Of a DNA stretch of 64,000 bases, positions 1 to 9,467 are shown piece after piece. The notes under the pieces were generated by a model. That model did not search any database and was not told the DNA's origin. It saw only the letters and a list, made by a program, of their open reading frames with translations. Within the stretch, counting starts at the first letter, position 1; every line of letters begins with the position of its first letter. The stretch covers positions 46,087 through 110,086 of the forward strand of contig CAZWUI010000003.1 in assembly GCA_964637515.1 (NCBI GenBank). Direction: 5' to 3'. The translations under genes and the position numbers were made by a program. The DNA is from an uncultured Bacteroidaceae bacterium (GTDB lineage Bacteria > Bacillota > Clostridia > Christensenellales > CAG-917).

Positions 1-76
1 AGTGCATACTGCAACCGGGAGATTGCTCTCCGTCCCTGAGCGTAGTGTCGAAAATTATAATTCTTTTGTCCATAGT

Positions 77-592
77 TTAGTTTTTGTTCTCGTCGATGGA
101 TTTTGAGAGAGAGGAGTTGCCCCTTTCGAGTGCCGCACCGCCCGTCCTTGCGAGTTCGAGAATTTCGTAGGCGGACAGAGTGAGAATGAATGCGTCCACT
201 TTTTCGGTGCTACCCGTGAGTTCGAGCATCATCGTATCGGGAGTAATGTCGATTGCTTTCGAACCGAAAAGGGAACAAAGATCCACGATTTCGCCCCTAC
301 GAGAAGCACCCACCGCGATTTTGACGATGAGAAGTTCGCGGAACACGACTTCGCTATCGTCGAAATCCACGACTTTGACGACGTCTTCTTGTTTTTCGAG
401 TTGCGCTACGATTTGTTTGATTGTCGCAGTCGTTGCGCCGACGGTTATCGTCATACGCGAATACTTGTCGTCCTCGGTCGCACAGACGGAGAGTCCGTCA
501 ATGTTGTATCCGCGACGGGAGAAAAGTCCCGAAATTCGCGAAAGTACGCCGGGTTGGTTGTTGACGAGAATGCTGATGATTTGCTTGTTCAT
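77..592 (-). CDS. ilvH: acetolactate synthase (AHAS) small/regulatory subunit
   Basis: 171-aa ORF. N-terminal ACT-domain signature (ILVNNQPGVLSRISGLFSRRGYNIDGLSV) typical of AHAS regulatory subunits. Lies directly downstream of ilvB, with AAGGAG next to the ilvB stop. Confidence 0.85.
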   Translation of the reverse strand: MNKQIISILVNNQPGVLSRISGLFSRRGYNIDGLSVCATEDDKYSRMTITVGATTATIKQIVAQLEKQEDVVKVVDFDDSEVVFRELLIVKIAVGASRRGEIVDLCSLFGSKAIDITPDTMMLELTGSTEKVDAFILTLSAYEILELARTGGAALERGNSSLSKSIDENKN

Positions 593-600
593 ATAACTCC

Positions 601-2181
601 TTACAATCCTTCGTTTATGCCTATTCTGAAATCAATGAGAAGGGGGAGAGGTCCGTTGAGAGCCTCCGTCAATTTTTGTTTCACGTTGTCCTTTTCGTCG
701 ATACGTACCGAGCGCACTCCGAATGCTTGACCGAGCAAGGCGTAGTCCGTTGCAAGGTAGAGGGTGCTTGTCGCAACTCTCCTACCCGCGCGCTCCTGTT
801 GCAGCTTGCGTATCATACCGAGAGAGTTGTTGTTCATCACGGAGATGATGAGGGGTATGCGGTTTTTCACGACTATGGGAAGTTCGTTCATATTCATATG
901 GAAAGAGCCGTCCCCTGTTATACAAAGGCACTTCTTATTGGTGGCGAAGTGAGCACCGATAGCCGCACCGATACCGAATCCCATTGCGCCGAGTCCGCCG
1001 CTTGTGAGGAAGGTGTTGGGGGATGAGAAAGGATAGGTATGTGCCGTCCATTCCTGATGAAGTCCGACGTCTGTCGTGACGATGACGTCGTCGCCGAGAA
1101 GTTCGGAAAGGCACTTTATGCACTCGGTTCCGCGGTTTGAAAGTTCGTTTTTGTCGAAATCGCGGAACGCCCAGTCTTCGTTGTGGTTGTCGCCAATAAG
1201 GGGGATGAGTGCTTTTAGGGTTTCGTTTATATCTGCGGTTATGCTTGCGCTCGTCAAAACGTTTTTATCGATTTCCGCCTTGTCAATATCAATCTGCACC
1301 ACGGGAATTTTGCGCTTTCTCAACGTGTCAAATGCGTTGTATCTGCTCGTGTATCTTGCGCCGAGAGTGATGAACAAATCGCATTCTCTTATTGCGTGCA
1401 GGGGGGTGGGGTTGATATTGGAAAGCACGCCGAGATAGCTTGCGTCTTTTGGGTCGTAGCAACCGATACCCATATAGGACACTGCCACTTGCGCACAAAT
1501 TTTGAGTGCAAATTCTTGAAGAGTTTTGCTTGCTCCGCTTGCCTTGACTCCACCGCCCGCATATATGACGGGGCGTTTAGAGCGGTTGATAAGGTCGGCG
1601 ATTTTTTGAAGTTCGTCTGCGCTTGGGAGAATAGGAGTCTCCGCCACGGGAAGTACCTTTTCATATTCCGCTACGTCGTCGAATACGTTCGAGGGTATAT
1701 CCACAAGCACCGGACCTTTTCGTCCGCTTGTTGCGACTTTGAACGCTTTGCGTAGGGCGGGGGCGAGTTCTTTCACGTCCTTGACGATGATATTGTATTT
1801 GGTTATGGACATAGTCATATCGAATATATCCACTTCTTGAAAACTGTCGTGTCCGAGATTTTCGACGGGTACGTTGCCCGTTATCGCAACAAGGGGGACA
1901 CTGTCCATATATGCGTCCGCAATTCCGGTGACGAGATTTGTCGCACCGGGGCCTGACGTAGCCAGCACCACGCCCGCTTTTCCGCTTGCTCTTGCATATC
2001 CTTCCGCCGCAAAGCAGGCGCCTTGCTCGTCCGCGGTGAGAGTGTGCCGCACGGGAGAACCGTCCAACGCGCCGTACACAGAAAGTATACTTGCGCCCGG
2101 ATAACCGAAAATATGGTTTACACCCTGCTCGGTCAGGCAGTTGACTAAAATTTGCGCTCCGTTAAGTATTGTTTTTTTCAT
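601..2181 (-). CDS. ilvB: acetolactate synthase large (catalytic) subunit
   Basis: ThDP-enzyme hallmarks (TSGPGATNLVTG; ThDP-binding GDGSF...NN block). The ORF-track start at 2217 is a TTG, so I use the ATG at 2181 (MKKTILNGAQ...), which matches family N-termini. Confidence 0.9.
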   Translation of the reverse strand: MKKTILNGAQILVNCLTEQGVNHIFGYPGASILSVYGALDGSPVRHTLTADEQGACFAAEGYARASGKAGVVLATSGPGATNLVTGIADAYMDSVPLVAITGNVPVENLGHDSFQEVDIFDMTMSITKYNIIVKDVKELAPALRKAFKVATSGRKGPVLVDIPSNVFDDVAEYEKVLPVAETPILPSADELQKIADLINRSKRPVIYAGGGVKASGASKTLQEFALKICAQVAVSYMGIGCYDPKDASYLGVLSNINPTPLHAIRECDLFITLGARYTSRYNAFDTLRKRKIPVVQIDIDKAEIDKNVLTSASITADINETLKALIPLIGDNHNEDWAFRDFDKNELSNRGTECIKCLSELLGDDVIVTTDVGLHQEWTAHTYPFSSPNTFLTSGGLGAMGFGIGAAIGAHFATNKKCLCITGDGSFHMNMNELPIVVKNRIPLIISVMNNNSLGMIRKLQQERAGRRVATSTLYLATDYALLGQAFGVRSVRIDEKDNVKQKLTEALNGPLPLLIDFRIGINEGL

Positions 2182-2462
2182 ATAATATACCAATATATAT
2201 TGTATAACTATACGCAAAAACCGTCAAGAAATTTTTGATTGCGCCTTTTGTCGAAGTAGGGGGAGAAGAACGAAAAGTCGTCGTATACGTCGGAAAAAGT
2301 GAATAAATGTATAAAATTTGTATCAAAAATGCATAAAACCATATAAAATCAAGAAAATATAAATTTTTTTGAAAAAATATGCAAAAATGCTTGCATTATT
2401 TTTCACACGGTGCTATCATTCAATCATCAAAAACAAAAAATAACTTTACGGAGATACAAACT

Positions 2463-3347
2463 ATGAAAAAAGCAATGATAATCTTGATGCTCGTCGCTTC
2501 CGTCCTCGCAGGCTGCTTCGCCTTCGTCGCGTGCAACGACAACGCAAATGCAGACTTCGTCGCAGTAGCGGCAACCGACCTCATTCAAGAAGACTTCGGC
2601 ATCGCAATCACGAAGGGCAACACCGCTCTCAAAGAAGCAGTCAACCAAGTCATCGACGAATGGAACGCAAACGGCAATATGACCAAATATATGGAATACT
2701 ATTCCGCAGTTGCAGATGAAGAAACCAGCGGTGTGAAAGCGACCGCTCCCGAAGGACTCAAAGTTAGCTGGGACTTCGGCAACGCAACCGAAACCATCAC
2801 CGTCTACACCGAATCCGGTTTTGCTCCTTATGAATTTATCTATGGAAACAAAGTCATCGGTCTTGACATCGCGATCATGAATCAAGTTGCAGTCAACCTC
2901 GGCAAGAAAATCGACATCCAAGACGGAGCATTCGACCTTGTCGCAACCAACGTTGCAAGTGCAAGCGGAGATGCAGTCGGTGCAGCGGGCATGACCATCA
3001 CCGATGAACGTAAAGAAATCGTTGATTTCAGCAACGTGTACTCCAGCTCCACTCTCGTCGTAGTGTCCAAAGACGGTCAATACAAGAGCGTTGCAGACCT
3101 CGCAGGCAAGAAAGTCGGCGTGCAAGAAGGCACCAGCGGTGACCTCATCATCAGTGCGGCGGCAAGCGCGGCAGGCTACTCCTACGAAGTGACCAACGAC
3201 GACGAAAGCGTTGACACCGTCACCGTCAAAGCGTCGGGCGCAGAAGTGAAACAATACAAACAATACGCACTTGCATTGCAAGACCTCAAAAACGGTCGTA
3301 TCGATGCAATCCTTATGGACAAAATTCCTGCGGAATTGATGCTGTAA
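2463..3347 (+). CDS. amino-acid ABC transporter substrate-binding lipoprotein
   Basis: Signal peptide with lipobox (LVASVLAGCFAFVAC). Type-2 periplasmic-binding-protein-like sequence. Forms an operon with the permease and ATPase. ATG 2463 follows GGAGA; the track start 2379 adds a non-signal extension. Confidence 0.8.
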   Translation: MKKAMIILMLVASVLAGCFAFVACNDNANADFVAVAATDLIQEDFGIAITKGNTALKEAVNQVIDEWNANGNMTKYMEYYSAVADEETSGVKATAPEGLKVSWDFGNATETITVYTESGFAPYEFIYGNKVIGLDIAIMNQVAVNLGKKIDIQDGAFDLVATNVASASGDAVGAAGMTITDERKEIVDFSNVYSSSTLVVVSKDGQYKSVADLAGKKVGVQEGTSGDLIISAAASAAGYSYEVTNDDESVDTVTVKASGAEVKQYKQYALALQDLKNGRIDAILMDKIPAELML

Positions 3348-3348
3348 T

Positions 3349-4107
3349 ATGAATATACTACTATCAGCAACTTTACAAGAGCGTTTGCAACGCGCGTTCA
3401 TCTACGACGACAGATACAAACTGTACTTCGACGGACTCGGAAACACTCTTTTGATAGCCTTATTTGCCACACTTGTCGGTGTGGCAATCGGCGTTATATT
3501 GGCGATGATAAACTACGTCAACAAGCGTACCGGCAAACTCAAAATTTTGTCGGGCATTGCCAACGTCTACATAATGATTATCCGCGGTACTCCCGTCGTG
3601 TTGCAGTTGTTCATCATGTACTTCGTGGTGCTTGCATCTCTTGACAACGGCATAGTCATCGGTGCGATAACTTTCGGACTCAACTCGGGTGCTTACGTTG
3701 CGGAAATCGTCCGCGCAGGCTTTGAAAGTGTTGACTACGGTCAAATGGAAGCAGGTCGCTCTCTCGGTATGTCCACGGGGCAGACTATGATAAAAGTCAT
3801 CACTCCGCAGGCGGTCAGAAACGTTATGCCCCCGCTCTTCAATGAGTTTATAACTCTCGTCAAGGAAACCGCAATCGTCGGCTACGTCGGCATTCTCGAC
3901 CTCGGAAAAGTCCCCGGACTCATTCAATCCAGAACTTTCGATTATCTATTCCCGTTGCTCATCGCCGCATGTATGTATCTCGTTATCGTCATGATTTTAA
4001 CCGGGATTTTGAAGCTCATCGAAAAGCGTATGGCAAAGACCGACCGCAACTATAAGAAGATCAAAGTTCGCGGAAAGAAAGTCGGCGAAAACGTAGTGGA
4101 GGCGTGA
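3349..4107 (+). CDS. amino-acid ABC transporter permease (His/Glu/Gln/Arg family)
   Basis: Polytopic membrane protein with the EAA-like loop ([25 protein letters not shown]). Starts 2 nt after the binding-protein stop. Confidence 0.85.
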   Translation: MNILLSATLQERLQRAFIYDDRYKLYFDGLGNTLLIALFATLVGVAIGVILAMINYVNKRTGKLKILSGIANVYIMIIRGTPVVLQLFIMYFVVLASLDNGIVIGAITFGLNSGAYVAEIVRAGFESVDYGQMEAGRSLGMSTGQTMIKVITPQAVRNVMPPLFNEFITLVKETAIVGYVGILDLGKVPGLIQSRTFDYLFPLLIAACMYLVIVMILTGILKLIEKRMAKTDRNYKKIKVRGKKVGENVVEA

Positions 4108-4109
4108 TT

Positions 4110-5234
4110 ATGTTAAGTGCAATAAATTTGACGAAAAAGTTTGGGGATTTGCTCGTGCTCGACGACATCACCGAAACCATAAACGAAGGTGAAAGAGTGG
4201 TTATCGTCGGCCCGTCCGGCGGTGGAAAATCCACGTTCCTTCGTTGCTTGAACTGCCTTGAAGACCCCACTGCGGGGAAGATTATGTTCGACGGCGTGGA
4301 CCTTGCAGATCTTAAAGTCGATATCAACGAACAGCGTGAAAAAATGGGAATGGTGTTCCAACAATTCAACCTGTTCAACAATATGACCGTCAAGCAAAAC
4401 ATAACTCTCGCACCCGTGCAAATCGGTGTGAAGAATATGCGCAAGACGAAAATCAAGAACGCACTTGTGCCCGTATATAACAAGTGGTTTGAGGTTTGCG
4501 GAGAGAAGTATAATAAGGGAGTGGATAAAAAAATCGTCCGACTCGAACAAAAACTGTCCGCATTGAAAGAAGAACTCGGACCTATCGCAACCGAATGGGA
4601 AGAGACCAAAGTCATCAAGGAAATCAGCGGAAAAACCTATGCGACTTACGACAAAAAACTCACCAAAGCAAAACTTGGTTTGACAGAAAAAATCGAACAA
4701 GTCGAACGCAAAATTACCCACTCCGTGCATGTAAACGAAAAGGAAGTCAAACCCCTTGAATATAGCAGTGCGAAAGAGATAAAAACGGCGGCGGAAGAGA
4801 ACGCAATACGCCTTCTGAAACGCATAGGACTTGAAAGCAAAGCGGACGTCTATCCCAGCACTTTGTCGGGCGGACAAAAGCAACGTGTAGCAATCGCACG
4901 CGCACTTGCGATGAATCCGAAAGTCATGCTTTTCGACGAGCCGACTTCCGCTCTCGATCCCGAAATGGTCGGTGAAGTTCTTGACCTTATCAAACAGGTC
5001 GCAGACGACGGAATGACTATGGTCATCGTCACGCACGAGATGAACTTTGCACGAGAAGTAGGCACGAGAGTGTTGTTCATGGCGGAAGGAAAAATTCTTG
5101 AACAAAACACCCCGGACAAGTTTTTCACCGAGCCGGAACACCCCAGACTCAAAGAATTTTTGGCGAAAGTGTTGTCGTCGTCAAAGCCCGGCGCAAAGAA
5201 AAACGAGGACAACGAAGAAACCGAAATAGCATAA
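4110..5234 (+). CDS. amino-acid ABC transporter ATP-binding protein with a ~110-aa insertion
   Basis: Walker [11 protein letters not shown]-loop MVFQQFNLF, signature LSGGQKQR, Walker [15 protein letters not shown] 4110 lies 9 nt after GGAGG. The signature motif sits about 110 residues later than in canonical GlnQ-type ATPases. Confidence 0.85.
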   Translation: MLSAINLTKKFGDLLVLDDITETINEGERVVIVGPSGGGKSTFLRCLNCLEDPTAGKIMFDGVDLADLKVDINEQREKMGMVFQQFNLFNNMTVKQNITLAPVQIGVKNMRKTKIKNALVPVYNKWFEVCGEKYNKGVDKKIVRLEQKLSALKEELGPIATEWEETKVIKEISGKTYATYDKKLTKAKLGLTEKIEQVERKITHSVHVNEKEVKPLEYSSAKEIKTAAEENAIRLLKRIGLESKADVYPSTLSGGQKQRVAIARALAMNPKVMLFDEPTSALDPEMVGEVLDLIKQVADDGMTMVIVTHEMNFAREVGTRVLFMAEGKILEQNTPDKFFTEPEHPRLKEFLAKVLSSSKPGAKKNEDNEETEIA

Positions 5235-5285
5235 GTTTTGCCAAAATCAACGGTTTATCACTGTAAAAACAATAGTTAAAGTTGC

Positions 5286-5325
5286 GTTACGCGCCGAAAA
5301 TTTCGGTGCGTAACTTTTAATTTTT
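5286..5325 (+). terminator. intrinsic terminator of the first amino-acid ABC operon
   Basis: Hairpin gttacgcgccgaaa/tttcggtgcgtaac followed by ttttaattttt. Confidence 0.65.
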
Positions 5326-5397
5326 AGGGCGGTGCGAATAAGAAATTTCTTTACATTTTCTAATAAGCTATGTTATGATATAAAATAATATAGAAAA

Positions 5398-6504
5398 ATG
5401 AGATACCTTGACCTTGAAAAACACCTATCCGCCGTGAATACGGGATTTGAACAAGCGAAACCTTTATATGTTATCGCCGGGGTTGACGCATATCTTCGTC
5501 ACACTGCGCTCGATATGTTCAAAGCACTCGTCGACGAAGATTTCAAGGAGTTCAATCTCACCCTTGTTTCGCAGTCGGACGGTAGGGGGGCGGTCGAAGA
5601 TGCGCTTTCGATGTTTCCTATGTTCGGGGACAGAAAGGTGGTTGTCGTGCCCGATGTATCGGAAAGGCTATCTGATGACGACAAGAAGTTCGTTCAGACC
5701 TACGTGTTGTCTCCAAATCCGACGACGATTTTCGTTGCTGTCGTTGACGACGTCCAAGTGAGCGATGATGACGACGAAACGGACGAACAGACGAAAAAAA
5801 ACGATAAAGAGAAAAAAGCGGATAAGGACGACGAAGGTGAGCAGGACAAGAAAAAGAAAAATAACAATATCACCGGACTTGCAAAAACTTTCTGCTCGAA
5901 ATATGGAATAGAATTTGTTGATTGCTCTCATCTCGAACCGCAAGAAATCGCAAACGAAGTCAAGCAGATTTTGGATGAAGAACCCGTCCGTAAAATGGCC
6001 CCCGCCGCTTTGAGTGCGCTCATCAACTTTACGAAGTCGGATATGTCGCGTATCGTGAGAGAAGTGCAGAAATTGAAAGCATATTCAAACGACGTCATCA
6101 CCGAAAAGGACGTTGAAAATATGGTCGTCCCCGATAGCGAATACGCAGGGTATATGTTGTCGAGCGCGGTCAGCGAGAAACAGGGGGATAGAGCACTTGA
6201 AATTCTCAACGCTCTTTACGGTCGCGGAATGAGAGGGGTAACTATCATTTCCATGCTCTACAACCACTACCGCAAAATGCTCCACTCCACTCTCTACAAG
6301 GGAGACGACAAGCAACTTTGCACCCTTCTCGAAGTGTCAAGCGGACAATTGTATCACTTGAGAAGAGTTGCGAAAAACTATACGCAAGTCAGACTCAAAA
6401 AGTGTGTGGACTATCTGCACGAATTGCAGTACTCAATCCTAACGGGCAGGCGCACCGAAGAAAGCGCAGTGCACGACGCAATATTGACCTTGTTGAACGC
6501 ATAA
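5398..6504 (+). CDS. holA: DNA polymerase III delta subunit with an acidic/lysine-rich insertion
   Basis: Family pattern by eye: KPLYVIAG near the N-terminus, FNL..., MFPMFGDRKVVVV, EVQKLKAY...ITEKDVENMV, and C-terminal helical repeats. Confidence 0.7.
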   Translation: MRYLDLEKHLSAVNTGFEQAKPLYVIAGVDAYLRHTALDMFKALVDEDFKEFNLTLVSQSDGRGAVEDALSMFPMFGDRKVVVVPDVSERLSDDDKKFVQTYVLSPNPTTIFVAVVDDVQVSDDDDETDEQTKKNDKEKKADKDDEGEQDKKKKNNNITGLAKTFCSKYGIEFVDCSHLEPQEIANEVKQILDEEPVRKMAPAALSALINFTKSDMSRIVREVQKLKAYSNDVITEKDVENMVVPDSEYAGYMLSSAVSEKQGDRALEILNALYGRGMRGVTIISMLYNHYRKMLHSTLYKGDDKQLCTLLEVSSGQLYHLRRVAKNYTQVRLKKCVDYLHELQYSILTGRRTEESAVHDAILTLLNA

Positions 6505-7307
6505 TGAAAATAATCGTAGTCAAAAACAGAATAGATAGAAAATACTCCGCTCTCATTTGGACGGCGTTGATTCTTGCATCCCTATTCAATGCGCTATATT
6601 CTCTCATCTTGGAGTTTGGCACCTATGTCGGAGTGAAAGACATCGTCATCAACGTCATTCTCGACGTGCTATACAACGGACTGCTCCCTGCGTGGCTCTG
6701 CTACTGTTGCGCATCCATATTCAGTTCTATGGCGTTGAGAAGGGGATTGCGGGATATATCGCACTCGGATTTCATCTATCTCACGATGATATTCACCGCT
6801 GCGGCAAGATTTTTGATGGGACTCGTCAAAATATGCGCGCTTGCATCCGAAGTCGTGTTCGTGTATGCAAGTTATATTTGCGACGTCACCATACTGTCCG
6901 CCGCATTGTACGCAATGTTCTTTGCGGTGATTTATCCGAAGTATCTCGATCCGTTTTCGGGCAGGATGTGTTTCAAACTGTGGACGACCGCCTATCTCGT
7001 GTGTCAGGGAATACACACTCTGCTCCCTTGCATAGCGAACTTCGTGTTGAAAAACGACGCTTCGTTTGCGGATAGGTTTCAATCGACCTTTGCAAATTAC
7101 GGCATCAGTTTCGGCGGGACTTTGGTCACCGACGATACCGTCACCGCAAGCATAGTGGCGGTGTCGATATTTGCGGTGCTCGTCGTCCTGACTCTCGTTT
7201 TGCAAGCGGTGCTTGACAACAAAGCCAAAAACTATATCCCCGTCATCGAAGCCGAAAACAATCCTTTCGACGACGACGGAAAAGTCTTTGATGAATTTGA
7301 TATTTAA
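6504..7307 (+). CDS. hypothetical polytopic membrane protein
   Basis: ATG overlaps the holA stop (TAATG). About 6-7 hydrophobic segments and an acidic C-terminal tail. No recognisable family motif. The track start 6318 would overlap holA by 186 nt. Confidence 0.6.
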   Translation: MKIIVVKNRIDRKYSALIWTALILASLFNALYSLILEFGTYVGVKDIVINVILDVLYNGLLPAWLCYCCASIFSSMALRRGLRDISHSDFIYLTMIFTAAARFLMGLVKICALASEVVFVYASYICDVTILSAALYAMFFAVIYPKYLDPFSGRMCFKLWTTAYLVCQGIHTLLPCIANFVLKNDASFADRFQSTFANYGISFGGTLVTDDTVTASIVAVSIFAVLVVLTLVLQAVLDNKAKNYIPVIEAENNPFDDDGKVFDEFDI

Positions 7308-7331
7308 CGTGCTCTGCACGAGGAGTAAAAT

Positions 7332-8195
7332 ATGAACTACAATTTTGTCGAATGGGTGAAAAACATTGATTACTACGCAGTCCTTGACGGCGTGGTGATA
7401 GCGACCGTCTTGGTGTTGCTGTTCACGTTCTTCGCATACAAACGCAACGTCAGGGTATTGTGCTTGTTGCTATCCGTTATGGTGTTGGAAATTCTCGTAC
7501 AAGTGCTATCGCAACTCTGCGACCACGAGATACTCACCGTATCGAGATATATCTTGCACTACGCGATGATTTTCGTCATAGTGATCACTGCCGTCGTCTA
7601 TCAGACCGACCTCAAATCGTTGTTCCAAAAGATAGGCAATCCCCGCGGACTGTCCATTTTCAACGACCAACTCAACAGTGACGACGAATTGAGAGATGCG
7701 ACCACCGAAATTTTGACCGCTTGTCAGGATATGGCAAAACAGGACGTCGGTGCGATCATCATCATTGATATGAACGGAGACATTCAGGACACCATCATCG
7801 ACACCGGCACGGTGCTCGGCGCAACCTTGACCGCTCCTTTGCTCGAAAGCATTTTCAACACGAAAGCACCACTTCACGACGGTGCAGTTATCGTCAGAGG
7901 TAACAAAATCGTGGCGGCGGGTTGTTTCTTGCCCCTTACCCAGAGAAACGTCAACAAGGAAATGGGCACCCGTCACAGAGCCGCTATCGGTATCACCGAA
8001 GATACGGATGTTTTGTCCATCGTCGTCAGTGAGGAAACGGGCATCATCTCCGTCGTCAAACACGGCGAAATCAAACGCTATATGACCATGGACAAACTCA
8101 AAGACGAGATCGAAGAAGCTTACGGTATTTCCCTTGCCGCTCTCGCTCGTCGTCAGGCAAAACAGGAAAAGAAACACCACGGAAGATTGCAATAA
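7332..8195 (+). CDS. cdaA: diadenylate cyclase (c-di-AMP synthase), membrane-anchored CdaA type
   Basis: Three N-terminal TM helices plus a DAC domain with the DGAVIV and GTRHRAA motifs. Strong RBS GAGGAG. Confidence 0.9.
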   Translation: MNYNFVEWVKNIDYYAVLDGVVIATVLVLLFTFFAYKRNVRVLCLLLSVMVLEILVQVLSQLCDHEILTVSRYILHYAMIFVIVITAVVYQTDLKSLFQKIGNPRGLSIFNDQLNSDDELRDATTEILTACQDMAKQDVGAIIIIDMNGDIQDTIIDTGTVLGATLTAPLLESIFNTKAPLHDGAVIVRGNKIVAAGCFLPLTQRNVNKEMGTRHRAAIGITEDTDVLSIVVSEETGIISVVKHGEIKRYMTMDKLKDEIEEAYGISLAALARRQAKQEKKHHGRLQ

Positions 8196-8204
8196 GGAGT
8201 ATTT

Positions 8205-9425
8205 ATGAAGACCGTAAAATGCGTAGACGTATTGTTGCCGAAAGTCGCCGACCTTTCAAAATGGGCGGTCGTTTCTTGTGACCAATTTACGTCCCAGCGC
8301 GACTACTGGAAAGAAGTTGAAGAATACGTGGGGGATAGCCCCAGCACCCTAAAACTGATTTTCCCAGAAGTCTATCTCGAAGACGGCGACGCAGACGAGA
8401 GAATTTCAAAGATAAACGCCACTATGGAAGACTATCTCGCAACCGGTAAATTCACCGAATTAAAGGATAGTTTTATCCTTGTCAAAAGGGACACCGCCGA
8501 AGGCAATTCACGTCTTGGATTGGTGGGCGCAATCGACCTTGAAGACTACTCCTACGTGCATCCGACCGACGCTCCTTTGCGTGCGACCGAAGGCGTGGTT
8601 TTGGACAGAATCCCCCCACGTCTTAAAATCCGCAAGGGCGCACCCATCGAACTTCCGCATATCATCGTTCTTATGGATGACAAGGAGAAGTGTGTCATTG
8701 AAGAACTCTGGAAAGAGAAGGATGAGAGCGACAAACTCTACGACTTCGACCTCAATATGAAAGGCGGTCATTTGACGGGATACAGGGTTGACAGTGAAAA
8801 AGCGTTCGATAAACTTGCGATTTATGAAAATGATATGCATTCTCGCTACGGCGAAAAATCGACGTTTGTCTTTGCGGTAGGGGACGGAAATCACTCCCTT
8901 GCAACCGCACAGGCGCATTGGAATGAAATCAAAAAAACTCTGTCCGACGAGGAAAAAGAAAACCACCCCGCAAGGTTTGCGCTTTGCGAAATCGAAAATC
9001 TGCACGACGACGGCATAACTTTCGAGCCTATTCATCGTGCGATTTTCGGAGCGGATAACGCAGACTTCATCACCTATCTTTCGAGCGTTTTGAAGGGTGG
9101 TGGAAAACTCACGCTCGAGGCGGACGGAATCGCTTACGTCATCGCTTGCAACGATATGAGCGCAGAGTGTATTGCAGAAGTGCAATCCGCTATTGACGAG
9201 TATATATCGAAAAACGTGGGTGTGAGTGTGGACTACGTGCACGGTGAAAATCACCTTCGCAACGTCGCGGAGAGCAGTGGAGGTATCGCTATCTTCATGC
9301 CTTCAATCAAAAAGGACGAACTTTTCCGCTACGTCATCGACCACGGCAATCTCTGCCGTAAAGCGTTTAGTATGGGTGAGGCGGAGGAGAAGAGATACTA
9401 CTTCGAGTGCCACAAAATCAAGTAA
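8205..9425 (+). CDS. DUF1015-like protein of unknown function
   Basis: 406 aa. The N-terminal pattern and a central VGDGNHSLATAQ block resemble the DUF1015 DGHHR-type motif. Assignment is by eye only. Confidence 0.5.
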   Translation: MKTVKCVDVLLPKVADLSKWAVVSCDQFTSQRDYWKEVEEYVGDSPSTLKLIFPEVYLEDGDADERISKINATMEDYLATGKFTELKDSFILVKRDTAEGNSRLGLVGAIDLEDYSYVHPTDAPLRATEGVVLDRIPPRLKIRKGAPIELPHIIVLMDDKEKCVIEELWKEKDESDKLYDFDLNMKGGHLTGYRVDSEKAFDKLAIYENDMHSRYGEKSTFVFAVGDGNHSLATAQAHWNEIKKTLSDEEKENHPARFALCEIENLHDDGITFEPIHRAIFGADNADFITYLSSVLKGGGKLTLEADGIAYVIACNDMSAECIAEVQSAIDEYISKNVGVSVDYVHGENHLRNVAESSGGIAIFMPSIKKDELFRYVIDHGNLCRKAFSMGEAEEKRYYFECHKIK

Positions 9426-9467
9426 CCGAAAAGAAAAAAATTTACATAGAGTGAATTAGAGGTAATT

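Noticed and set aside
2182-2217. ORF-track start of ilvB at 2217.
   Set aside because: It is a TTG codon encoding a hydrophobic, non-family extension that lies inside the predicted promoter. ATG 2181 is used instead.
6318-6503. N-terminal extension of the membrane-protein ORF overlapping holA by 186 nt.
   Set aside because: The extension is Arg/Ser-rich and non-membrane, and lies inside the conserved holA C-terminus. ATG 6504, in a TAATG overlap, gives a sensible start.
9426-9467. I looked for a lysine riboswitch before lysC, a T-box or leader before ilvB (2182-2378), a glycine riboswitch before the gcv operon (49020-49379) and a purine riboswitch before guaA (62099-62174).
   Set aside because: The spacers are too short (42 nt and 76 nt), or I could not find the conserved aptamer cores by eye. 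This should be confirmed with covariance models.
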